DNA of 64,000 nt, taken from assembly GCA_030295235.1 (NCBI GenBank), contig AP026125.1:744001-808000 (forward strand), written 5' to 3'. Shown here piece after piece: positions 50,901-62,503 of this stretch. The DNA comes from Fistulifera solaris. Taxonomy: Eukaryota. Below the pieces are notes generated by a model. It had not been told where the DNA came from. It saw only the letters and a program-made list of their open reading frames with translations, and ran no database searches. The position numbers and the translations under genes were made by a program. Positions within the stretch are counted from its first letter, which is position 1, and each line of letters opens with the position of its first letter.

Positions 50901-52873
50901 AATTAAACACTATCCCGCCATCTATTAATTCATCGGTATCGACTTCACGAAATTCGAACAGGTCTTCGTTACTTTCGTGGGAGGAGACCTTTAGTACTGT
51001 CGTCCCGCCTCCGCCGCGAGGTGAAATTCCAAGGAGCAGATAACCCGCAGTGGGCGCACTGAACATCGACACAACATCAACACAATCGTGTTCAGAAAGA
51101 ATCATTCTATCATCGCGACCAAAGACTGTGGCTACAGCTAAGCCTCCACTTGATCCGAAACCACACGGGAAAATATGGGCAGTTGCACCAAAAATGCTGT
51201 CGGGACTCTGTGTGGTGGTATCAAGACTCTCCAGTAAAAAATCAGGTGCTTTTGATAGTGGTCCAATGCATGATGGGCCTAAAGGACCAAGGTTGACGAT
51301 CATGTCGAGCGGTGTCAAAGCTCTGACAAGCGTAATGCTTATCAATCTGGGTTTCTTCCTAGGATTAGCCGAAACGTCATTTTCATCATCTTCATTGTCA
51401 CTAGGTTGAATCAGATGAGGCTCCGAATCACCCATAGGAACAGGAGCGTATAACGCTTCTTCCTCAAGCCTTAAAATACGTTCATATTCCGAATCCGCCT
51501 CATCGTTCTCTAGTTTGCTGTCATTGTTTACTTCGGATTTGATAGACAAACTAGCGTGCAGTTCCTGCTTGATGCTCTTCATGGAGAGACTCTTCGTTTC
51601 CAACGCGTAACCCAGAAGCAACGAGTCACCTAAACGGCTCCCGGCGAATAAGAGCCCTAAAGAAAAGTCCGAGTCAGCAGATGATTGTACCTTGCTTAGC
51701 AATTCTTTGGCTGCGCCTTCCATCGGCAAAGAGGTCAACAAAGCGACCTCGCCAACACTGCCGAGCGACTGACCCAGCGGTAACATCGTCCATGCATCCA
51801 CCGCATATTGTAGAATATACAACTGACCCGCTCGCAACGATAAAATCGCCGTCGTACTCGAAAGTGCGGTCAAGCAGGAACCATCTAATTGCAACGACAG
51901 CTTGAGTACAGGATTTGGAGCGATAGCTGACATGAGACTCGCTGGACACGTCGATCTCGCCCACCCATTGACTGCCATTACTTGGTTCACATTGCCAATG
52001 CAATCTAAAAACACGAGAGTGTTTGCGCCGACTACCACCAAAGCATTGCCGACGAATTCTACGTATAGCGCATCGTTGGGGACGGGACGACACCACAAAA
52101 CAGCCGCACGATTGTGCACAACGCTGACCGATAATGCGGTCAAGTAAAGAGGTGTTGCACTTCCTTGTCCCTTTTCACGTCCCAAACGGCCACTCCAAAT
52201 TTTTCCAGCAGGATCGGAGTGCAACAGCACGAGCGTCGCTTCTAAAAAGCCCGATAAGAATGTAACCCCCAGTATATCACCAAAGCCAGTTGTAGCCGTA
52301 CTCGCGGGTGTATCTATCATATAAGAAAGTGAAGAGCGCGACAGAGTCGCTAATGGCAGCACATAAGGATCGGTGACATACCAAGATTCGGCCTGACTAT
52401 GAATTTCCATGACAGCCACGGCAATGCCTCCTCCCATGTTGCACGCAACCGTCATTGGTTTCTGATTCTGAACAGACACCATCATATCCTCTTCAACAGA
52501 AGCTCCGTGACTGTACTGTGTCAAGAGAGTCGTTAAATCCACTAAACTTTCCGCGCGGAGCCAGATCCTCCTGAATGGTGAGTACCGTCAATCGCGGAGG
52601 ACCCGCAAAGCCCACCAACAAGGCATCCTTGCCGGTCCCACTTAACGTGGTCAGAAATATAATTTCACCCGCTAGATTTCCAAAGAAATGTTCAAAGCGC
52701 AAGGTACCGTCGGGAGTGAAGCTATAAACGTGCAGGGTGCTCGCGGATGCCGTGACAAGATTGGGGACGTCGTGGCTGGTAATATGAGCCCATGTCGCGA
52801 ATTCGGCGCCCCGTGATCCTTTTGTTAGTGAGAGAATACACGGGTGTACGGGACGAGATGCTGGAGCCGACAT
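47924..52873 (-). CDS. CPSF1: Cleavage and polyadenylation specificity factor subunit 1 (CPSF160)
   Basis: LFAGSRLGDSLL, VNLGP, CGFGSSGGLAV, FIAVGTG..GEDVSSKGR, KNFFLLSDAYDSLYFL, LNPRGWR, VIDGDLV; several indels and one intron (~48515-48572). Confidence 0.9.
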
Positions 52874-53500
52874 GATATTGTTATTCAAAGGAAAGATACT
52901 GCGGAGGACGACTTTTGTTTTATGCGATCAACAATCAACACACCGCAAACAAGGAAACCGCAAAAGCTTATTTTCGATTCTCTGGCCGTGGTCCGTGTAG
53001 TCCGCAAGCCGCAAAGTATCACAATACCGGTACGACTAAGTAGCGGTCGTAAACCAACACTCTGAGCTATAGTCAATTTGGATTGCTCATGACTGAAATG
53101 CAATCGTGCTCCCTAGAACCGTCACTTTGAGTCCATAGTAAATACGGAAGAAACTGTTTCGCAAGGCTCTTCGACGTAAATACAATGACATGTAATGCAA
53201 ACGCCGCTAAATACTATTTCATTGCAACAACGACAAATGGGGCTCAAAAACGTTGGGCGAACGAACGAAATGTAGGCAGCATTGTTGCTCAAAAGAATAT
53301 TGATTTTTTTACTGGAGTGCAGTCGTGGCGAATACGGACAACACTTTGGGTCTATAGTAAAATACGTCAGACAAACAACCGACGAAAAGCCGCCGTGCGA
53401 TGATGATGATTCATTCACTTTTTCGTCATCAACCCATCAACCCACAATTCATCCAATCAACCTCTACCTTGCACAGACTACAACGTATTCAAGGCACGTC

Positions 53501-54683
53501 ATGAAATTACTTTTCTCTCTCCTCTTCGCCGTCTTTTGCTTTCAAGCGCGGGCTTTTTCAGTGACCCGTCGGCAGGCACTGGTCACGGCAGGGGCGACGG
53601 CCGTCGGAACTGTTTTATGGCAACCACAAGATGCACAAGCCGTCGACAAATTGTACACACCTGCACCACAAAGTCTAATAGGACAGACGATTGTGATCAC
53701 AGGAGGAACCACTGGTTTGGGATTGGAATCGGCCAAGCGTCTCGCAATAGGCGGTGCAAACATCATCTTGACGGCTCGAACGACTACTAAAGGAGAAAAG
53801 GCCGTGTCGGAAGTACAGCAATATCTACGAGATAATGGAATCGACAACCCGATGGTTTCCTACAAAGTCTTAAATCTCGACGATCTATCAGCGGTGAAAA
53901 ACGTACCCGAATTATGGAATGATGTCAAGAAAATTGATGTATTAATGAACAACGCCGGCGTGATGGCGATTCCCGACCGGCAACTCACGGTCGATGGGTA
54001 CGAGCGACAGATTCAAACCAATCATTTGGGGCACTTTGTATTGACAGCTCTTTTGCAACCGAAACTCGCCCCCGATGCGCGAATTGTGAATGTTTCGAGT
54101 CAGGCCTATCAATTTGCTTCCCAAATGCGATCCGATCAATCTCTCTGGGAACCACAGCCTAACGACTACTCGCCATGGGTACAGTATGGTCAAACGAAAC
54201 TGGCCAATATTTTGTTTACCGAAGAGTTGCAACGAAGAAGTGAAGCGGCCGGGAAACAGTGGACGGTGGTGAGTCTCCACCCCGGTGCTGTCGCAACAGG
54301 TAGGTTTTCATTTTCATTTTGATGGCTGCTAATGTCACTTCCGCGAGTGGGATTGTCATTCACACTTATTGTCTTCCACAGACCTGGGTAGATTCATTGC
54401 CGGCGAAGAGAAATGGCAGCAACTAAAAGAAGGAAAGGGGACATTTTGGGAAACATTTTTCTCGAAGGCGCTCTCCAAATTCATCTTAACAGTACCCGAA
54501 GGAGCTACGACACAAGTATTTCTCGCTGCCCGTGCTGACAAAGAATCGAATATGAATGTGAAAGGACAGTTCCTTGACAAATGTGCCGTACAAAAGCTTC
54601 CGCAATTCGCCACAGATCCAGTTGCCGCCGAAAAACTTTGGAAGGAAAGTGAGGAAAAGGCAGGTATCACCTTCACAATATAA
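53501..54683 (+). CDS. Short-chain dehydrogenase/reductase (retinol dehydrogenase-like), copy 1, predicted thylakoid-lumen presequence
   Basis: ITGGTTGLG, NNAGVM, NHLGHF, NVSS, YGQTK, SLHPG; intron 54300-54381; ARAF + TRRQAL + hydrophobic stretch + AQA. Confidence 0.9.
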
Positions 54684-55174
54684 ATACGAGAGGATTGTAA
54701 AGTTCTAGGGTAAAACGTCGACCGCTTTTTTCTTGTAGCTAGCACAAAGCCATGATCATCAAAGCGCGGTGGCTGAGGTTGACGAAAAATTGGAATTGTT
54801 TCACCACCAAACTCCATTTGGACTATCATTTGCCGTCATGGTCGTGTGTCATCAAAAATGTTGAACAGAGAAGCACTTGGAGTTTGTATTGTTCTCCACG
54901 AGCAGTTGTATTCACAGTGCTATTATTCATCAACCTTTCAGCCTTCGTTTATCATTGACGCATTTTCGTGATCAAAAGCTCTCGCGCATAAGACATGACG
55001 CCCCCATCATGTAGAAACTCCGCCAGCAGCATACGTTGTTTCACCTTGTGTTTCACGTCGGTGGTCGATGCCTCGAGGCGAAAAATCCATGGTCATGAAC
55101 ACCCTTGTGAACCGTGCAAATAATAGAGCAATGAAGCGCCGCAGATATCAAAATCGTCGTCCTACATAAGTCAT

Positions 55175-55416
55175 GTCCCGGAAGGTGAAGAGTCTTTTAG
55201 TCACGATCTCGAAAGTGGGTCCAGTCTGTCCGTGCGTCCTCGACGACATTTTCGGAAAACACTGCGACATTCGCAAATTGAGAAGTACCGCTCCGAAGTA
55301 GCTAGTACTTCCAAAGCTTAGATACGGCTTCCTTCTACTTTTTGATATACTGTTTCTAAAACGTGCTTTTTTGGCAAAAAATGCAAGGGGGTTGCCCATG
55401 ATTTTCGGCCCCATTT
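55175..55416 (+). repeat. Dispersed ~245-bp repeat, copy 2
   Basis: Same conserved end blocks as 46264-46515 with a diverged centre. Confidence 0.88.
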
Positions 55417-56010
55417 TGCGTTGCATCTGTTGTCAAGTAAATCGATGATCTTTCGAGATATTTATTGCTTCCCGGCTTCTATCTATGAAAACTACTATTT
55501 ACTCATATCATGAAGAACGTATTGGTGCAATTAATTGATACAACAGCAATCCGCTTTCCTGTTTTTAAACGGTTTAGAACGACACTTTGATGCCTCCGAT
55601 CAATACGACGTCGTCATAAACTTCTTCGCTCCTCCCTCCGACCGCTTTTAATTTTTATTCAAAAACCTGTAACTGTCAGCGAAAACGTAATAAGGATGCG
55701 GCTTGAGCTTATCTTTTAGTAGATTCTCAACGAACACAGCTTCCACAATCTGCGGTAGTCAAAACGATTCACTCTCCTTCTTTTTAAAAATGCGTTCTGT
55801 CCGGCCAGCGATGGTATTACACGCACCTTTCCACTTGATATTTGTCAACTGCAGCAAACCGAGAGAACGAATGAATGAAACAACAATTCACCAGAGCGAG
55901 GAAAGTGTTTGCTACTGCTACGAAGTGAACGTCGGATTTTATCCGTTCTTGCTATTGATTATATAACTACTTTCTCTTCTCTGCAATTCTTTCGCGAGCA
56001 AATCCAAAAT

Positions 56011-57102
56011 TTAAGCCTGAGCAATCTCCTGCTTACTTTCCGCATTGTGGACGAAGCGGAAGTTGCAGTCATGGACGTTGGCGAAGTTGGCCGATCCACT
56101 GTTCTTCAACTTCTGGCAGAGAGACTTCTCGAATGCACCGTGCATGAACGCCAACTTTTCATCCGAGACAGCAGCCTTGAGCGCATCATCGTCGTTGGGG
56201 CAGAGACGGCAGTCGGGCTGCGTAACAGGTGTGACACGAGCGACCAACAACTTGGCTTCACTGATGGCCATGGCATCGTCATCGTTGGGGCACAAGCGGC
56301 AATCGGGCTGTGCCAAATCGTTCGGCATGTCGATGTCCGCCACGCTGTTGAAGTTTCCGAGCCCATATCCGACCGACGAGAACGCCTCGTTGTACGCCAA
56401 GACGACACTCTGATCGACCAAGTTCATGTCGCTCTCGGAAAGCTCGTGAAGGGTTCCGCGAAAGACGACCTGCGCTTCGGTGTTCTTGCTCAACTTGCCC
56501 TGGATCGGCAAACTGACATGGGGCTGACCGGGCATATCCAAGAACGAGAAAGAGCAAGCATGGGCATGAGCAAAGTTGGCAGAACCCGACTGGCGCAAGA
56601 AAGCGCAGAACTCGTCTTCGAAGCTGCCATGGAACGCTTTGAGCTCCTGGGTGCTTTTGAAAGCAGCCACAACATCGTCATCGTTGGGGCACAAACGGCA
56701 ATCCGGCTGCATCCAACCGACGTGGACGTAAGCGAGAATCATCTGTCCGTTGAGCTTGGTTTCCTTGAGAGCCATAGTATCGTCGTCGTTGGGACAGAGG
56801 CGGCAGTCCGGCTGATTCAAACCGACGAAGTCCGGCACAGCAGCAGCGGACTCGGCTTTGAAGCTGTCCATGGTGTACCCGGCGGTATCGTAGACTTTGT
56901 TGTACGCGGTCTTGATGGCCTTGCCGATGAGAACCATGTCATCAGACGTAGCTTCGTGCTTCATGCCGTGGACAACAACGCGAACGTCAGCGCTGTCGGT
57001 CTTCTTGACGCCGAGGAGCTGGTTGGCAGCAGCGCGGAGGTTGAAATCGGCCGTGGCGCTGCCGAAGAGGAAGGAGGTCAATGCGAGGGAAGTGAACTTC
57101 AT
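56011..57102 (-). CDS. Secreted protein with an internal duplication and four QPDCRLCPNDDD repeats
   Basis: Signal peptide MKFTSLALTSFLFGSATA; two homologous halves each ending SGSANFAxxHxCxFxF; strongly C/G-ending codons. Confidence 0.85.
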   Translation of the reverse strand: MKFTSLALTSFLFGSATADFNLRAAANQLLGVKKTDSADVRVVVHGMKHEATSDDMVLIGKAIKTAYNKVYDTAGYTMDSFKAESAAAVPDFVGLNQPDCRLCPNDDDTMALKETKLNGQMILAYVHVGWMQPDCRLCPNDDDVVAAFKSTQELKAFHGSFEDEFCAFLRQSGSANFAHAHACSFSFLDMPGQPHVSLPIQGKLSKNTEAQVVFRGTLHELSESDMNLVDQSVVLAYNEAFSSVGYGLGNFNSVADIDMPNDLAQPDCRLCPNDDDAMAISEAKLLVARVTPVTQPDCRLCPNDDDALKAAVSDEKLAFMHGAFEKSLCQKLKNSGSANFANVHDCNFRFVHNAESKQEIAQA

Positions 57103-57787
57103 CGTTGATGAGAGCTTGAGAGATTGCTGTTGATAGTTTTGGGGAACGATTGCAAATTGTGAGCTCAAACCGAGGAGAATGAAACGAGTTCGTTTCAATT
57201 ATGCCCATACAAAAGTCTTGGGTCATAATTCAGAGAGGTCCCGTATGATGTTTTGCCTACAATTGTGTACAATCTGTGCACAACAAAGATAAAGAAAGAA
57301 GGGAGCCCGAATAGATCGAGCAGCGTAAATCGATGTGATTGGACACAAAATTTAGACATGCTCGTGACAACGACTAACGTCATCCTCATTTACGACCAAC
57401 AGATTTTTCATGCCTTCTAACGAGGTTATTCACTCATGCCTTCTTTTCATCAGTTGTTATTCATTTATTCATTCATCTTTCTTTGTTTCAACGATTATGA
57501 TTGAACAAGATTTTTTCAAACTTTTGAAAGATGATTGGTCTACTATTTCATTCATACATTATTTTGTTCACGTTTTCCACCATAAGGATGGCTCGACAGC
57601 GGGTACCGGTTCTCACAAGGACGAAAAATAACGCCGACCACCTCATCTTTTTTCGTCCACCCTATAACACCGTCACCACGATGCCTTGTTCCCTTCAATG
57701 CTCTTTACAATCATGAATCATTGTTGAAGGAAACCTTCATTAGTGCATTTAGCCGCTACAACACCCGTACGAGCGGAAGGAGGTACA

Positions 57788-59017
57788 ATGATACGTTACA
57801 TTCTTCTCTCTGTACTCTTTGCCGATGCATTTGCGTTCTCGGGCATGGCCCGTAATCATCGAGCGTCTTCGCGTTTATTTGCACAACAACAAGCTGTCGC
57901 GTGTCCATTGACCGGCGGAAACAAGCCATTCACTCCAGCGCCTGGAAGCTTAGAGGGTCAAACGATTGTCATAACTGGCGGAACGGGTGGGTTAGGGCTC
58001 GAGTCGGCCAAGCGTCTCGCCGTCGGTGGTGCATCCATTCTTTTGACGGCACGATCCGTCGAAAAGGCCGAACGGGCCGTATCGGAAGTCAAGAAGTACG
58101 CAAGAGAGAATAATGTCATGAATGAAAAAGTATCGTTCAAACTGCTCGATCTAGATAATTTACAAGATGTACGAAATGTTTTGGAAACATGGAAGGACGT
58201 TGATAAAATTGACGTTCTGTTGAATAATGCAGGTATCATGGCGCTCCCAAAACTGGAACTGACAGTGGATGGCTTTGAAAGACAAATGCAATCAAATCAT
58301 CTCGGTCATTTTGCTCTGACGGCGTTACTGTCCTCGAAACTGGCACCGGACGCTCGTGTCATCAATGTTTTCCAGTAGCGCGCACCAGTTCGCGCCCAAA
58401 GGAATGCTTTCAGGAGATGCATTGTGGAAACCTGACTCGTTCAATTACTCTGGATGGCCTGTCTATGGTCAATCCAAACTTGCCAACATTCTGTTTACGA
58501 AGGAGCTGCAAAGACGATGCGAGGCGGCAGGCAAAGACTGGTACGTAGATATTGCACATACCTACCCTTTTCGCTATCGGACGACTCATCCTTTGTTGTG
58601 TTAGGACTGTCGCATGTTTGCATCCTGGTGTAGTTGCCACTGGTAAGTAGACGTGTTTATACAAACCTTAGATCGTCCACACTGCACACTAATCTCCACC
58701 TTGTGACTATGACAGATCTCGGAAGATACATCATTGGCAATGAACGATACGACGAAATGAAAAAGGAAATGGAAACGTTCTTGCTACTTTATTGAGCAAC
58801 GCTTTTAGCGCTTTTTTAAAAACACCAGAAGATGGGGCGACGACTCAAATATGGTTAGCCGCTCGTCAAGACCAGAAATCGAACATGAATGTCCGCGGCG
58901 AGTACCTGAGTGATTATAAAGTGCAAGTTTTGGCTGATTATGCGACCGATGCTTCTGCTGCGAAGCAGCTCTGGAAAGAAAAGCGAAGAACGGTCTCAAA
59001 TATCCTTTGGCTTTTAG
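57788..59017 (+). CDS. Short-chain dehydrogenase/reductase, copy 2 (paralog of 53501-54683)
   Basis: ITGGTGGLG, NNAGIM, NHLGHF, YGQSK, LHPG; introns 58541-58604 and 58643-58715; homopolymer indels at ~58368 and ~58980. Confidence 0.88.
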
Positions 59018-59062
59018 CACAACAGGACTTTGTTGTTGTATATATTGAATAGATTTGCATTT

Positions 59063-60075
59063 TTATGAAGCTTCTGGTATCCGTGGTAGTCCATCCTGTG
59101 GAATCGTGTACCATTTCTGTTGATAACGACAGCATATGTGCATTACTCTATGAAGCGAGTCATTCATCTTCTGTCTATCGCCCGGTAGACTTTTGTCGTC
59201 AAATCCACCGACGGCCGGCCATGTCAACTCGGGTTGTTCATCGTAAACAATAGTCATAGCTCCTCCGCAGCTAGGACAAAAATGTCTCTGACCGTGGGTT
59301 GTTGTGCGTGTCAAATCAGGAGGACCGTAACGTCTTGCACCGGCAAATCCACCTTCTTGAATACGAGTCGTCCATTTCATGTCCGTGTTCGAGGCGGGCA
59401 TCCACGTCATGAATGGGCCGCCGGAAAACTTTCGACATAAACGACAGTAACAATGTTGCATTTCCGTGGGAATCTCTGCGTCGAGATCGTATTGGACGGT
59501 TCCACAGGAGCATCGAGCCGAAACTTGAAGTCTCTTTTCGAAACCTTCCGTATAGTCTGCATTGGGAAGGCAGTTGCCCAACCGACTTTGTCGTGTTCTT
59601 GCCATTGATGTCGATGGAACCTCCACATGGCCGCCAAGTTTTCAGGGATACTGTCGTCCAGCATCGGGCCCATATTGACCAAAACCTGATTCGTCTGAAA
59701 GATGCGCGAAGCTAGCTTCGACGAGCATTTCCGGCATCGAATTCGCTCCACCTCACCAGCCTCATTACACGTGTCACGGAACGTGTCTACTTCTCCCACA
59801 ATGGAAACTCTATCGGCGGGGATTGCTAGATAACTAACAAAGGCGGACGTATGATACTTGCGACATTTCGGACAATGGCAATCGGATGCCTTTGTTTCAT
59901 GGGTTACGGCCGCGACAGGAAACTCCAAATGTAACTGACCACAGGCACAATCTGACACTATGCGAGGCGAAAAACCGGTCGTCATCATTGCCAATGTGTA
60001 AAAATTGGGTCTCAGTATCAACGCAAGCAGAAAAAGAACCAAGGAAGCCCTGGCTCTTCTCGGTGAGTCGAGCAT
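59063..60075 (-). CDS. Tandem GFA/CENP-V (Mss4-like zinc-binding) domain protein
   Basis: Two CxCG..HCxCxxCRK..CxxC modules: CACG/CHCPKCRK/CRKC and CSCG/HCYCRLCRK/FCPSCG; frameshift ~59550. Confidence 0.85.
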
Positions 60076-60336
60076 CTATTTATCTTCGAAGGACTATCAT
60101 CAATTATTATGAAAGTGAATGGTGGGTGTTTTTTTGTTTGAGTTTTTGATGGCTGACACCACGAGCGGCGTACTGGCGATCTCGGCTCTAAGTAACAGTC
60201 TCGTACTTTGGCCTTCTGGGACATTTGAGTAATAAGTAGAGCAACTAAACTTGGATACTTAGGAAAAGAAAGGCCTCATACATCCAAAATTAGTACAATC
60301 GTACGCGTCAGCCAGTCAGCCTTTCTTTGTTTTTTT

Positions 60337-61160
60337 TTAAGACCCCGTCCGGCGAAATTGGGGCCCTTTTGGGGGTTAAAATTGCTAGAAACCGTGATAG
60401 TGAAAAACACGGTTTTGTCTCCTAGCGTATAAAACATGATAAAAATAAAACAACATTCTTCCTATTAAAAAACGAAATCGAACGATATGTCGGACGTCTC
60501 CAACGCCCAAAAATTGAGCAAAATACGACCATTACCAAATTCACAACAAAATGTGAAGTGATTATTGAACGCTACGTAAATCCTCTAATAACTGCTGCTT
60601 CTATAAACATTTAACAGGGAATAGTCCACAAGTGACACTTAAAGAGGATGTTTAACGGTTGATTGTTGTTTGGGCCGCTGTGAAAGAGAAAACGAAGCAG
60701 AAAGAGCGACCCCAAGATTTTCAAGACGACAAAATCAACAATAAACCCTTCTTTTGTCACCGTGTGGCACAAATCTTTGCCCCCAGCACTAGCATTCCAT
60801 CAACCACGTTATGGGGATCATATTCTACCAAAAGAGCGATCTGAAAGTGGTCTTTCAAGTCAATTTTAATCAAGTTTCTTGCTCAACGGCCGAATGTTTT
60901 TGAGCGAGAAGTCGCGTTGTGACAATGTGTTTTATGCGCAGCGGTACCTGTCTATGCTTCGACCGTTACAAAAAGTCTATGTTTTTGCTTCAAAATTTAG
61001 TTAATATCGACGAAACTAGCAAAAGTAAAATTATACATCGCAATAACTTTTTAAAAGCTATCGATTGATGTAATTTTTATCAAAATCGAAGAATTTTTTT
61101 TCGTGGGAACTCAGATCCTAGCAATTTTCGGCACCCCAAATTCGCCGGACCGGGTCTTAA
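60337..61160. mobile_element. Non-autonomous TIR DNA transposon (MITE-like) flanked by TTAA, Kolobok- or piggyBac-type target
   Basis: TTAA-GACCCCGTCCGGCGAAATTGGG ... CCCAAATTCGCCGGACCGGGTC-TTAA; subterminal aaaattgctag/ctagcaatttt; AT-rich, non-coding interior. Confidence 0.8.
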
Positions 61161-61598
61161 AAAAAATTAAAAAGATCATGCATGATGCATGATGCATGCA
61201 TGCTGCCTGATGAAAGAGATGAATGATCAATGATCAATGATAAATCAAATGGCCTTGACGACCTCCAGCATGAAAAGAACATCATCAGAAACAAGAATTT
61301 ATTGGTGCTTACAATCCAAAACATATTTTACAACACACTTCTTTTCGTCCGAAAAAGCAGACTCACTGATTGATGAGCAAGGTGCTGACAATTTGCGGCA
61401 TATCTTAGAACGTCGTGACAGTCCCACTGATTTTCGCGCCCCTCTTTCTACAAACGATAGAACACCATTTATTAGGAGACTACAGATGAGTTTTTTCGGA
61501 CTTCGGGCTGCTCTATAAGAGGTCGTCGTTGAGTAATCAAGTTTAAGTCTAGTAAAGTCACCGTTGCGCCAATGTAATTATCTTCAATGGTTCTCAGT

Positions 61599-62222
61599 TC
61601 AATCAATTGCTTTCATTTTCATCCTTTCAATAGCTTCCACAACATTACCGTCACATTGTTCTAAAGCTCGCAACATGGCCACAAAGCCCATATTTGGGGA
61701 CACCTTTGGTCGAACACTACGAAGAATCTCCATGGCTTCTTCGAGTGTTTTGACCTTCTTACGAGAGAGCAACCAAGCAGCAACCACAGAAGCCGATCGC
61801 GAAATACCAAAGGCACAGTGAACCAGACAGGCTCGAGGATAATCTTCTTCGGAAGAGGTCAGGATTACTGAGTCAATGACGTTTAAGATTTCATCCAAAC
61901 GAGTTGAAAGGAGTTCTGCTTGTGAGCGATCAGCCAGCTCCCACATTACGCGCTTTTCTATCCGGACTGAGTCGTTTTCAATTTCATTAAGGCAATCTTG
62001 TGCAAAGTCTCTTGATTGGGCCGACTGAAGCACCGAAATAACGGTCCAACTGCGAGCAATCTTTCTGATTTCTTTTAGGGCTTTTAGGCCCCCTAGCCAC
62101 AGGCCAGGCCATACTTCCGCCAATTCTGTCGTGTTATAATCTTCGTTTGCTGAGTGGATAATCGACATCGTCGATTGATTGCATGTGTCGAAGGAGAAAA
62201 CGATGTTTTCGTCGATCATCAT
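61599..62222 (-). CDS. Dual-specificity protein phosphatase
   Basis: EVWPGLWLGG, LVHCAFGISRSASVVAAWL, VRPKVSPNMGF; start Met uncertain (62222 or 62168). Confidence 0.92.
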   Translation of the reverse strand: MMIDENIVFSFDTCNQSTMSIIHSANEDYNTTELAEVWPGLWLGGLKALKEIRKIARSWTVISVLQSAQSRDFAQDCLNEIENDSVRIEKRVMWELADRSQAELLSTRLDEILNVIDSVILTSSEEDYPRACLVHCAFGISRSASVVAAWLLSRKKVKTLEEAMEILRSVRPKVSPNMGFVAMLRALEQCDGNVVEAIERMKMKAID

Positions 62223-62503
62223 CTCATCACCGACGCTTTTTCTTGTTTGTCTCGCAGACCTCAGACGTGCAGAAGGAGAGTGCGGCCACGATAAGGTTAG
62301 AAATGATACTCTGTCGATAAAGGATCTCGATCCCTCTTCGTGGTTCACCGTGCTCCTTAGTGGTTCTATTTCCGTTCGACCATGAAGGAATTAAGTTGAT
62401 AAAACACTACCAGTACAAGAGGTATATGGACCTCTTGAAACACTAAATCAAAGTCACTTCAAGAAAAGTAGCAAGAGGGCTTTCCTCGCTAAACGAAATG
62501 ACT

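Noticed and set aside
55909..57108. 399-aa plus-strand ORF
   Set aside because: Antisense shadow of the codon-biased secreted protein; no ATG start and no recognisable motif.
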